Positions 28,501-35,756 of a DNA stretch of 38,271 bases are shown here, piece by piece; within the stretch, counting starts at the first letter, position 1, and each line of letters starts with the position of its first letter. The stretch lies in IMG/VR virus record IMGVR_UViG_3300021959_000139, positions 1-38,271 of that record; one strand, 5' to 3'. The position numbers and the translations under genes are program-made. The DNA comes from a virus (taxonomy: Duplodnaviria > Caudoviricetes). The notes below the pieces were generated by a model. The model did not search any database and was not told where the DNA came from. It saw only the letters and a list, made by a program, of their open reading frames with translations.

Positions 28501-29030
28501 TTCATAGCGGCTGTTAAAGCCTTAACTGCCTCAGCGGAATCCATGCCGGTCAATCGAGTGAGAATCAATGCGTCACGAGTTCTTTTTAAAGACTGCTCTA
28601 CAGATAAACCTTGACGAGCATATTCTGTTGCGGCTTCTGCGGCAACATTAAAAGCTGCCCCAGTTTCTTTTGCAACATTAAACAGGCCATCGCTAAACTT
28701 GTCCAAATTTTGTGCGCTTAAATTCATTACAACATTAATGTCAGCCATCGCTTTTTCAACTTCTATCGCATTTCTAGCAACCGCTTTGAATGCATCTGCG
28801 ATACCATTAATTATTGCCATACTTGCACCGAACGCAATAATACGAGCATTCGCAGCTTCCATAGATTTGCTGAATTCGTCAGCACTACGCTTCATGTTAC
28901 CCAAAGGCTGAGTAGCGCCTTTGTCATCAACCGTAATTTTTATCGGCTGTCGCCTAATCCTGTTTACAGCAGCCTGTACAGCCGCTTCAAGCGGTTGGGT
29001 ATTACCTGATACGTTGAGATTTATAGCCAT
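22506..29030 (-). CDS. tail tape measure protein with internal cargo-like domains
   Basis: 2174 aa, Ala/Gly/Gln/Lys-rich and helical. TP901-type TMP core (EAATEYARQG..ALILTRLTG..KFAAVD..GNSFKTIFTRI), Gly-rich hydrophobic segments and C-terminal PAM.S.GEYV motifs; upstream of the tip genes. Confidence 0.95.
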   Translation of the reverse strand: MAINLNVSGNTQPLEAAVQAAVNRIRRQPIKITVDDKGATQPLGNMKRSADEFSKSMEAANARIIAFGASMAIINGIADAFKAVARNAIEVEKAMADINVVMNLSAQNLDKFSDGLFNVAKETGAAFNVAAEAATEYARQGLSVEQSLKRTRDALILTRLTGMDSAEAVKALTAAMNTYGNQIKDTTQLVSKFAAVDVQFAVSAEDFADAIARTGQAAKSAGVSIDELIGLVTAAQQQTARGGKVIGNSFKTIFTRIGRTDTLNQLENLGIAVRDLQGNTLGAKRILTDLANSFDGLSASQQAQIAQTVGGVFQINILKAVLSDAAKQNGILANATQISSSATNEAIQKNEQLRGTMSAMATETGLALKDVSAQIGEIMLAPGMEKILNTVKSIAEGASTMLGDGEGAGSKFANGFLKGLGNIITGPGLVVLTVVFGKLFLKAAQFAKESLTSLIGVTSEAQKQKAIQTSLVNLFGQNSALSKEMLRTDISRTEKEKIILSLLQAQVVEAQMLDSVAKRTASTLYSKGYGASLTPRRGRATGHIPNFAHPERAQAAKGGYAAGNIRSMNMPGEGSVIYNSAEKIKNFAGFTQPAIMPPLSSKAGKNYQQAFGSVHGFDPYAGSGYIPNFNRRSGQGVGKAAPVLNAINYAHMLTPEAGTRDVLEKPANPVYGVPKAQLPKVRFKKFGVLPSASTRAENKKKNLVEQLHEAVERSAVRQGQLLADSFKIGTGKASSKTIKNLLNSPESGGAGALSSVVGALFEAAISTKIKQIKGQSGGIAGVATGIGGDFDLRNPTSEQKQDLKILFGGSWARTNLADYKSQDSVGNTQSMAEKILKEKIFRSGGRSTDPALAFAYGKKAGVNPKTQKRGLFARGYIPNFADPLSDAIGREKAAGVPVSQIRVGSHNALMSRGNPLGLGVTNTKDEPNGLRDVFGANGYVPNYAIKDWMAGFRADSAQRDSYIEARDEAAKQVKTNTNREKKLQRVIEQNNKMLVKANAQGRLSRSAARRGVQLQQALNKTQQKLITAKQKEAAVASQARGASARGSLAGRMSGMGTMAMIGLPMVGGMVQQYSGGTGASGGNQSMYEFGGGLSGAATGGMMGGMIGSMIVPGIGTAVGAAIGGIGGYLMGMQSATEENTKALKESAKAAREQSTQVGSQFAQSMAQVFKATGYFNEDREVKFNRINSEQQGVLSLGGLKDFNKLTTRDGFGLNMQSSTDRGKELKAELLKQSGIDVDALMRQSGISGSTGNASKGAFKQANRLQQLLIKNNIGGDITGEAGLGKYILDSSSSRSLRTEGGVGDHFAANRFYKVRDLKDIKTRIEDQILAQMGTELRHQVLRDALDMLPQDKKIYATAMTDDFTEAGAEVKKGTKAHFTVAQLQDQMAGADNDTIKAAYADILKLAEQEIHVLDERRKGYIVELDMAKIMQEAQKRAAMRQLEIAKLEDQKINELKKELKISPESMTETQKTTTQGKIAAAEINKKYALSVGSADEGLKLGLLNQIKQNQEVQRLFKTKFGVEGETAPSVQDVSDKVLKMDTKQLIDILEEMITLAEDESEIQQILNRLLEQEKTKRQDLIELAQKEKKNAEATQAAEDGINLTLAGRADILKDLQRDHRMGAEAARSARKMRELDYELGGAQRLTAQGPGYKTTREREDFQLREKEIQAQLKIKALQEELLEKQNKIAEENAKIVGTKGEDKKRRDELTQQSGNITAEYEKQISNVQTLIGLEKQRIANRRTHETFSGGFADGFKKVREQTDAIDYQLGEQLPLKLRDGLAEAMQAGINGAEDMGDVLRNIGINFLQAIQSAMLQKAAGNIIGAMGFSRGGQVPAMVSNGEYVMSRSAVKKYGGGFMHSLNAGGKIPGYSNGGKPGSALAANFGGAEGYATGRRYQSEAMSGFFYSGQAGNVGLQEDAQYTRGVIQERIRKAAEKKAKKQSLMKMLLSTALSAGLSAGVENIFKGGSLTAAGKKLGYGSDTPKGTMYDPATDTSVFRPDGEIGYENLTPIKENAFKKLNPFSWFRNLKKNYFGGPISKYASGGYISGKPGVDQIPAMLSEGEYVIRASSARQLGKPLLDSINLGKFNQGGAVTPLKEQSESTTSSGNTNNINISINVDRSGGQSKDSSGQNSGQNPKDASENQSRENQLAEKVKAQVVAVIIEEQRPGGLLSE
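26199..27407 (-). repeat. four GxIPNF-type peptide repeats within the TMP
   Basis: GHIPNFA 27387-27407, GYIPNFN 27141-27161, GYIPNFA 26388-26408, GYVPNYA 26199-26219. Confidence 0.9.
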
Positions 29031-29031
29031 T

Positions 29032-29056
29032 TTACCTTATTCCTTTGATAAGGTAA
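29032..29056 (-). promoter_or_regulatory. RNA hairpin covering the TMP ribosome-binding site
   Basis: Perfect 9-bp inverted repeat TTACCTTAT (29032-29040) / ATAAGGTAA (29048-29056) with a 7-nt loop, ending 1 nt before the start codon. Confidence 0.7.
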
Positions 29057-29059
29057 TTA

Positions 29060-29068
29060 TACACTAAA
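29060..29068 (-). promoter_or_regulatory. putative phage late promoter TTTAGTGTA
   Basis: The same 9-mer occurs at 31216-31224 and 35731-35739; all three copies are intergenic and point at a gene start. Confidence 0.65.
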
Positions 29069-29069
29069 A

Positions 29070-30056
29070 TTATATCACGCCGTGCAATTTCATTAAATCA
29101 TCCATATTTAATGTGCCGCCCTTCTTCTTTGCCTCTTCATGCAAACTGATTGCGCCTCTAGGCTTTTCTACTCCAAGGTATTCATAATCTTCGTCTTTTG
29201 CACCAACAAGGGTTCCTCCATCTCCTCTTTCAAGCTTTTCTTTTGCTTTGTCCCGCTCTTCTTTGGAGCTGCTTCCAAATTCTAATAATTTTGCAGGATC
29301 TTTTCTTATTTTATCAGGAATATTTTCATTATTATCAAATATATTTTTAAAAACTCGAGTATAAACAATTAATCGTATTTGATTGTATGTCAATTCACAA
29401 AACGGCTTGCCATAAAATTGCATACTATCCTCCGCAAAGCTTAAATAAGGACTATAAAAATCTTCTAATATTGTATATTGTATGCTTTCTTCCGAAAACG
29501 AGCTAAAAATATCATTATATCTTAAAACAATTTTTGCAATGTCTTGACTTTCCATTTCATCAAATTTACTTTCTTCAAATAAAGGATTCAAACACTCTTC
29601 ATCTTTATAAAAGCTTTTGATCATATAAAAATCATTTAATCTATCTTTTGCATATTTTTCACAAGTGTTTCCAAGCAGCGACATTCTTTGTATTTGTTTT
29701 TCATTCAACTCTTTCGTTTCTTTATCAATCAAGTCAGACTGTTTATCAATTTCATGCTTGATGATCATTTTGTTTTTGGCAGTTTTAAGACTTTCAATAA
29801 ATAATGTTTTGTCTTCAATTATTTTTTCGTCTTTTTCAGTCCATTGACCTTCTTGCTTAAGAAACAAGAGCATATCCTCTTCAGTAGGCACTCCCCTTCG
29901 AAGAGCTGACTGATAATATTTTTCCTCGATTTCCTCTAACTCAACCTGATCGTGAGGAGTTAGATGCTTGATGTATACGAAATCTTCTTCGATTATTGCC
30001 GAAGAATAACCGCGGACTACATCTCTAAATATTTTTCTGCGCTTAACAGCTTCCAC
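29070..30056 (-). CDS. putative tail assembly chaperone (GT-like)
   Basis: Directly upstream of the TMP, acidic and helical, paralogous to 30060..30878 with an extra C-terminal domain. GTG start preceded by AAGG. Confidence 0.55.
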   Translation of the reverse strand: MEAVKRRKIFRDVVRGYSSAIIEEDFVYIKHLTPHDQVELEEIEEKYYQSALRRGVPTEEDMLLFLKQEGQWTEKDEKIIEDKTLFIESLKTAKNKMIIKHEIDKQSDLIDKETKELNEKQIQRMSLLGNTCEKYAKDRLNDFYMIKSFYKDEECLNPLFEESKFDEMESQDIAKIVLRYNDIFSSFSEESIQYTILEDFYSPYLSFAEDSMQFYGKPFCELTYNQIRLIVYTRVFKNIFDNNENIPDKIRKDPAKLLEFGSSSKEERDKAKEKLERGDGGTLVGAKDEDYEYLGVEKPRGAISLHEEAKKKGGTLNMDDLMKLHGVI

Positions 30057-30059
30057 ATA

Positions 30060-30878
30060 TCAAACCTTGCCTTCTTCAATATCTTGATCAAGCTTTTCGA
30101 AGTCAGACCTCAGAACCGCTCCTGAGCTATAATACCAAAAACTATAAAGCGCAGCGACCTTACCCCCAATAATGCCATAAAGGTCATCGCCGTCTTCCTC
30201 TAATTCATAATATCTTTGCAGTCGTTCGTCAAAGTCTCTTCCCTCGAAAAGAGGGGTAACCTCATCAGAATCTTCTTTTTGTATAAAAGTCAGATGCAGG
30301 ATATACCACTGAATCACTTTATTTTCTGCGCGGACATCTGCGGTATGATTAAATAAATTTGAATATGAAGTTTCTACGTCAATAATATTTTTTCTTAGGA
30401 CGGAAATTTCTCCAGATAGCTCCTTCAGTCTTTCTTCGTCTTCTTTGCTAAGAGATGTCTTAACTTGAATCTTTTCGCTTTCCTGAGAAAGCTTTCCGTA
30501 CTCAACATACATTTTAGTTAAGGCTTTCGCATCATCTTCTGCCAGCAAGCCTCCAGTGTCACTATATTTCTTAGAAAGCATTGCTTTGGTTAGAATGCCC
30601 CTCTTGATACAGTTACTAATTTCGACGCTAAACTCTAGTTCCGCTTCCTCGATTTGCCTTCTTGTGGGTTGCTTCATAATCACCCTATACGGAACAGGCT
30701 CGATCACCTCTTTAGTGACAGAAACCTCTTCCTTCTCTTTGGTTTCTGGGTTTTCTACCGTCTTCGTTTCTGTTTTTTTAACCTTTTCTTTTTTTTCAAA
30801 AGTAAAGCTATATATTTCCCGCATTTTTTTGCGGGTATCATCCATTGTTTCTTGCTTTTCTAAAACTGCGTCTGCCAT
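30060..30878 (-). CDS. putative tail assembly chaperone (G-like)
   Basis: Position two genes upstream of the TMP, acidic helical composition and MKQPTRRQIEEAE motif. Confidence 0.55.
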   Translation of the reverse strand: MADAVLEKQETMDDTRKKMREIYSFTFEKKEKVKKTETKTVENPETKEKEEVSVTKEVIEPVPYRVIMKQPTRRQIEEAELEFSVEISNCIKRGILTKAMLSKKYSDTGGLLAEDDAKALTKMYVEYGKLSQESEKIQVKTSLSKEDEERLKELSGEISVLRKNIIDVETSYSNLFNHTADVRAENKVIQWYILHLTFIQKEDSDEVTPLFEGRDFDERLQRYYELEEDGDDLYGIIGGKVAALYSFWYYSSGAVLRSDFEKLDQDIEEGKV

Positions 30879-30885
30879 ATTTTTT

Positions 30886-31173
30886 TTATTTAAATGTGAA
30901 TCCTATAGTATAATTATCTAATTCTAATTCTAAATTTCTAATTGTTTCGTTACCAATATCTAAAGTTCTTTTTCTTAAGTATTGAAGCTTTTCGCTATCG
31001 AAATAATTAGCCTGTTCGATTATAGGCGCAAGATCTTCTGGCAGATTCTTCTTTAATTTATAAAAATTAATCTGATGCTCCTTATGTAAGTCCTCAAGCA
31101 TAACGAGGAAACCCTTAAAAAGAGAGACCGTATTCCTTTGGCAACATTTTCTAAAAATGTCTTCTGCTTCCAT
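30886..31173 (-). CDS. hypothetical protein
   Basis: 95-aa ORF with ATG and AAGGT SD-like sequence; first gene of the leftward tail unit. Confidence 0.75.
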   Translation of the reverse strand: MEAEDIFRKCCQRNTVSLFKGFLVMLEDLHKEHQINFYKLKKNLPEDLAPIIEQANYFDSEKLQYLRKRTLDIGNETIRNLELELDNYTIGFTFK

Positions 31174-31198
31174 ATATAACCTTGTACCTTATTTATCG

Positions 31199-31225
31199 TT
31201 ACACAAAAAAAGTGGTTTAGTGTAA
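31199..31225. promoter_or_regulatory. divergent pair of GTGTA promoter motifs
   Basis: TACAC (31200-31204), 15 nt, GTGTA (31220-31224) in the 60-nt gap between divergent genes. Confidence 0.65.
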
Positions 31226-31233
31226 AAGGTATC

Positions 31234-31695
31234 ATGGCAGAATTTTTAAACAGCGCACAAAGAGCAAATTTAGCATCCCAATTATTAGATTTGCATGATA
31301 CATTTGGAAGAGACATCGTAGTATATAAAGAAGCGCAGAAGGTAATTATTAGCACCGACCCAAACTATAACCACCTATACAATAGTGGCGGCGCCACAAC
31401 TCCTAGCGTTAAAAATGTTCCAGTTCGAAAAGTTTTCAAAGCAAGAATAAAATATGACAACGACAGAACCCTAGAAAATTTTGGAGAAGCAGATGCTCAA
31501 GTCAAAGTTTCCAGGGTAGACTCCAGAAGTCTCGTTCGCATCAAATTAAAAGTAGAAGACTTTGAATACATAAAAGACTCTAAAAGAATTGAATTTGACG
31601 GCAGAATGTTTCATATTGCCTCAGACCCAAGAGCTCACGGGTTATTTGATGTAGTACAATTTTATACTCTCTTCCTAAGGCCGATTGATCAATGA
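31234..31695 (+). CDS. putative head-closure (stopper) protein
   Basis: 153 aa; C-terminal RIEFDGRMFHIASDP..YTLFLR resembles head-tail joining beta-barrels; first of three genes before the tube gene. Confidence 0.5.
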   Translation: MAEFLNSAQRANLASQLLDLHDTFGRDIVVYKEAQKVIISTDPNYNHLYNSGGATTPSVKNVPVRKVFKARIKYDNDRTLENFGEADAQVKVSRVDSRSLVRIKLKVEDFEYIKDSKRIEFDGRMFHIASDPRAHGLFDVVQFYTLFLRPIDQ

Positions 31696-32303
31696 GAGGA
31701 AAATTAGATCTAGCAATCAAACAGTCAATTAATAGACAATTGGCAAAAGACCATACTCTTATAAATCAAACAAGAATTTTTGTAGAAAAACAATTTAGAA
31801 TGGTATTAAATCAATTAATTAGCGATTTTGAATCTCATCCACTAACACAAGAACTTAAAGGCGGACCTGGATCTGGAAACAAAACAGGAACGCTAAGAGA
31901 AGGGAATGTATTTGGATTTATCGGTTTTGATGCGGGATATGATCCTGTTCAGCCAATTGAGGAAAGATTAAAAATGACAGATATCATAATTCGAAAAAGA
32001 TCCCTTTCACCAAAAGGCTTTGTTTCTACTTATAGCGTAAACATACCGACGCTAAGCGAGCTATACTCAATGACCCCTTTGCCGTGGGCAAACGGAGCTA
32101 GCTGGCTTCAACAAATTGAAGGAGCTGGAATTTCAGGACTAGGACAATATATGCATATAGAATCAAAATTCAGTAGATCTGGAGCAGGAGTTCAATTGAA
32201 AAATTTAAGTTCTTCTGGAAGATTAAAAATAAAATACATGAAACCTCTTTTAAGAAAATTTGAAAAAGACTTGAATAATATTTCTGGAGCGCAAAGAATT
32301 TAA
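31692..32303 (+). CDS. putative neck / tail completion protein
   Basis: Basic 203-aa protein between the stopper-like and terminator-like genes. Called from synteny only. Confidence 0.4.
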   Translation: MRGKLDLAIKQSINRQLAKDHTLINQTRIFVEKQFRMVLNQLISDFESHPLTQELKGGPGSGNKTGTLREGNVFGFIGFDAGYDPVQPIEERLKMTDIIIRKRSLSPKGFVSTYSVNIPTLSELYSMTPLPWANGASWLQQIEGAGISGLGQYMHIESKFSRSGAGVQLKNLSSSGRLKIKYMKPLLRKFEKDLNNISGAQRI

Positions 32304-32319
32304 TAACACTCGATTTACA

Positions 32320-33168
32320 ATGAAACCGCAATATCAGCACGAACTCACAACAAGCTTTGCCTTATGGGCAGATAATTTTTTAACAAGAAAAGGCGAGGCC
32401 TTTTCAAATAAAGCAGCGAACTTATATCCTGACACTGGAGACCTCAGGCTAACAAATGGATATGTCGCATATAGCAGTCCGCACAAGCAATGGGTTTTCG
32501 ACCACAGCATTGAGGGTGCAAACATTCCGAGCGGAATATATGACGGCAACACATTTATCGAACAAGGACAAAGTGGACTAATATTTGATTTTGATAATGG
32601 TCGAGCTCTTTTAGACTCATCTTTTGGAGAAGGAAAAACAACACTAAGCGGAGAATATGCAGTCAAAGATTTTAATTTTTACATCACAAACCAAACAGAA
32701 GAACAATTAATTATAGATGGAAAATTTGATATTAATGACAGATTCAAGCAAGATCTCTCCGGCATAGAGCCATACAAACAAGTAATACCTGCCATTTTCG
32801 TTAACCCAGAAGTTTCTGAAAATGAACCATTTGCATTTGGAGGAGAAGATAAAACAACAACAAATATACGATGTGTGATTTTTGCGCAAAACACCTATCA
32901 ATTAGATGGAGCACTTTCGATTTTCGCAGATTCTAAAAATGAAGTTTTCGCAAAAATGAAATTTGAAGACTACCCACTTAATGAATTTGGATACAGCTCT
33001 GGCTTTCATTACAAAAATCTTTGCGGAGAAAAGAGCGGGACATACATGCATGTCGAAGAAGCTAGGGTTTCTAAATTAAGTGATAGAGTAAATCAAAATA
33101 TTGACCCTTCGCTTTTTGTGGGCTTCGTTGACTTTGAAGTTACAAACCTTAGGTTTCCCCGATCATAA
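32320..33168 (+). CDS. putative tail terminator protein
   Basis: IPAIFV....NEPFAFGG..NIRCVIFA..QLDGALSIF pattern; immediately upstream of the major tube gene. Confidence 0.5.
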   Translation: MKPQYQHELTTSFALWADNFLTRKGEAFSNKAANLYPDTGDLRLTNGYVAYSSPHKQWVFDHSIEGANIPSGIYDGNTFIEQGQSGLIFDFDNGRALLDSSFGEGKTTLSGEYAVKDFNFYITNQTEEQLIIDGKFDINDRFKQDLSGIEPYKQVIPAIFVNPEVSENEPFAFGGEDKTTTNIRCVIFAQNTYQLDGALSIFADSKNEVFAKMKFEDYPLNEFGYSSGFHYKNLCGEKSGTYMHVEEARVSKLSDRVNQNIDPSLFVGFVDFEVTNLRFPRS

Positions 33169-33224
33169 TTTCCCTTTTGATTTAAAAAAATGTAATCTTT
33201 ACAGAATCAAACCCTTATTATATT

Positions 33225-34541
33225 ATGGCAAAACAACTACCAGGACGCGCAAGAGTAATTTATCAAAGTGAAGCACTATACGCTGGCACTGTCAACGCAA
33301 CCGGATACCATTTTACCGCATCTACAGATGGTTGGCAAACAAAAGCCGGTTACGCTGAACGCAGTCTAGTTCCGGCAGGCGCAGAAATCCGTACAGGAAT
33401 TCAACAATTGCGTCGCGTACAAAGTGCAAACTACAGTTTTTCAATCAACAGGCAAGACGTAAACCAATTTGGTCAGCTTGCAAGAATTGACGCTGTAGCT
33501 ATTGAACCACCTACGGTTACTCTTGATTATTCTTACTACCTTACTAATGGCGTAAATGAAAGAATTATTGGGATGAACGTTGATGGACTTAAAAGCGCTC
33601 TTGCGGATGAAATCGTAGAGGGCGTAGTTTGCGATGACGACATAAATTCAGACGGAAAAAACTTTTTCATATTAACCACTTGTGAAGGTCATGATGCAGT
33701 CAATAATGCCGACGGAGACAAACATAAAACAGTTATCGCCTTAGGTAATGGATATGTATCAAACTATTCTGTTGAAGCTTCTGTCGGTGGTATGCCTACA
33801 GCTAGCGTTACAGTTGACGGATTGAATTTGAAGAGCTATACAGGAACCCAAGACCTTTACGTTCCTGCGGTAAATACTAACTTTGGAACACCAATCGAGG
33901 ATATCCAGTTCAGCATTCCAGAGGCAATTAGTGGAGTTCTCAACGATAGCGCAACAGACGTAAGCGCAGAAACAGAAGGTTGGTCCTGCTTGCGCCCAGG
34001 AGACATTACATTGTCTCTCGGAACAGATGGTAGAGCTGGAGAATTTGAAACGCTTCCAGGCGAAGACCCAAGGGCTCCCGAAAATGATAATCCATTATAC
34101 GATTATTCGGTTCCAGGCTCGGCGCACGTCCAAAGCTTTAGTATTGACGTTCCATTAAGTCGTACAGTTCTCAATAGACTTGGAACGCCATACGGATATA
34201 GTCGAGTAGTAGATTATCCTGTGAATATTTCTGTTAGCGTTAGCGCTATTTTGGCAGACCTAAAAGAAGGAAACATCGCAGACCTTCTTTGGAATACCGA
34301 AGAACACGATTTGGTGTTCACTCTCAGAGAGCCAAATCAATACGGAACTGGCGCGATAGCAATGCAGTATATAGTTAAAGGAGCCTTGCTCGAGGGAGAA
34401 TCCTTTAGCTCTTCAATTGGAGATAATAAAACAGTAGATTTAACATTTACTGCTCAAGTTGGAAGCCCAGAAGATACAGCAAGAGGTTTAATGATTAAGG
34501 GTTCAAGAAACGCTCTAACAATCACGGGCGAATTCGCATAA
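33225..34541 (+). CDS. major tail tube protein (internally duplicated tube fold)
   Basis: Acidic, beta-rich 438 aa. Halves RVQSANYSFSINRQDVNQFG and HVQSFSIDVPLSRTVLNRLG are mutually similar; followed by a strong terminator. Confidence 0.75.
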   Translation: MAKQLPGRARVIYQSEALYAGTVNATGYHFTASTDGWQTKAGYAERSLVPAGAEIRTGIQQLRRVQSANYSFSINRQDVNQFGQLARIDAVAIEPPTVTLDYSYYLTNGVNERIIGMNVDGLKSALADEIVEGVVCDDDINSDGKNFFILTTCEGHDAVNNADGDKHKTVIALGNGYVSNYSVEASVGGMPTASVTVDGLNLKSYTGTQDLYVPAVNTNFGTPIEDIQFSIPEAISGVLNDSATDVSAETEGWSCLRPGDITLSLGTDGRAGEFETLPGEDPRAPENDNPLYDYSVPGSAHVQSFSIDVPLSRTVLNRLGTPYGYSRVVDYPVNISVSVSAILADLKEGNIADLLWNTEEHDLVFTLREPNQYGTGAIAMQYIVKGALLEGESFSSSIGDNKTVDLTFTAQVGSPEDTARGLMIKGSRNALTITGEFA

Positions 34542-34560
34542 TTACTCTTTGCAGTTCACT

Positions 34561-34592
34561 AAAAAAACCCGCTCTTTTGAGCGGGTTTTTTT
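34561..34592. terminator. bidirectional rho-independent terminator
   Basis: A7-CCCGCTC-TTTT-GAGCGGG-T7 between convergent genes. Confidence 0.95.
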
Positions 34593-34594
34593 GT

Positions 34595-35704
34595 TTATTT
34601 AATTATCTTGAATCCTCCGCTAGCACTAATACCAAAAACAAAACTAGTAGAGACAGAAACTTCGCCCCCAATTTGCTTTGAATAAGATTGGCTTCTTAAT
34701 TGAGCGTTTTCAATAACAAATTGATTTATCGTGTCAGCCCTTAGACCGCTATAAAAATATCTATTTGTATGATTTATTGTCATATCATACCTTGCGCCTT
34801 CTTTAAAGAATGAATCTATTTGTCCACTTGCATATTCCCTAAGTATAAGATCAATTGATACATTTGCCATGATTGGCAATTTTAATTTTCTATCAAAAAC
34901 ATAATTACTACCAAAGCCAAATATGTCCTGCCTATCGATAGGCACATCAAGAGAAATTGATTGTATTGCTGCTTTTTCAGATTCTACAGGAATTCCTCCG
35001 TAATTACCTGCGTGTTTTGTAATATTAACCTGAATATCTCCGGGCATAATTGCATTTGCGCCAGAAACAAGATCGTACCCAAAAGAACTTTGGTCTAAAT
35101 GTAATTCTTCTGAAGAGTATTGATTATCAACTCCTAATTTTATTGCAGGTAAATTTGGTGCGGCGCTAGGTTCATATTGATCAAATTTCATATTACTTGC
35201 GCTAAATGAAACTGAAGCCCTAGGAAGGCTACCAACAGAAGCTTCATACGAATAATTTGTCAAAAATGCGTTTCCTATTCCAATAACATGATATCCAGAA
35301 TAATCATTGACATTACTCAAGTCTTGCATTCTTTCTTTATTTGAAGCAACAGCAATCACATTTATATCATCAGTTGATTCGCTTTCTAAAAATTTTTTCA
35401 GAATACTTCCGTCGCTACCCAAATGCAACCCTAAGCTTGTTTCATTTTCTCCGCTTGAAAATAAATAAGATATATTGCAATTTACATCTGGCTGACGAAT
35501 AATCGGAGATTCATTATTTCTATAAATAAACTGGTCAGAGCCGATTGACTTCACATCAACAGCTGGATGCTGAAAAGAATAATCAAGAGATTGCACTCTA
35601 ATTAAATTACCAGATGTCGTGCCATTTTCTTTGTATGCAGGAAAGTCTGTAACGAGCACGCCAAGCCTTTCATATGTTAGTCTTGTCGGAATACATTCTG
35701 CCAT
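34595..35704 (-). CDS. tail tube protein paralogue
   Basis: RVQSLDYSF, GIGNAFLTNYSYEASVGSLPRASV, PGDI and AIQSISLDVPIDR closely parallel ORF 33225..34541. Confidence 0.75.
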   Translation of the reverse strand: MAECIPTRLTYERLGVLVTDFPAYKENGTTSGNLIRVQSLDYSFQHPAVDVKSIGSDQFIYRNNESPIIRQPDVNCNISYLFSSGENETSLGLHLGSDGSILKKFLESESTDDINVIAVASNKERMQDLSNVNDYSGYHVIGIGNAFLTNYSYEASVGSLPRASVSFSASNMKFDQYEPSAAPNLPAIKLGVDNQYSSEELHLDQSSFGYDLVSGANAIMPGDIQVNITKHAGNYGGIPVESEKAAIQSISLDVPIDRQDIFGFGSNYVFDRKLKLPIMANVSIDLILREYASGQIDSFFKEGARYDMTINHTNRYFYSGLRADTINQFVIENAQLRSQSYSKQIGGEVSVSTSFVFGISASGGFKIIK

Positions 35705-35712
35705 TAAAGCTA

Positions 35713-35739
35713 TTACACATTTTTAACGTATTTAGTGTA
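35713..35739. promoter_or_regulatory. divergent pair of GTGTA promoter motifs
   Basis: TACAC (35714-35718), 16 nt, GTGTA (35735-35739) in the 52-nt gap between divergent genes. Confidence 0.65.
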
Positions 35740-35756
35740 TTTATAAAAGACTAGTC

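Noticed and set aside
22996-28911. Many 60-120 aa plus-strand ORFs opposite the TMP (and similar ones opposite other long genes)
   Set aside because: Antisense shadows of codon bias, with no recognisable motifs or start signals.
31053-31355. 100-aa minus-strand ORF spanning the divergent gap
   Set aside because: It overlaps two better-supported genes and the promoter motifs.
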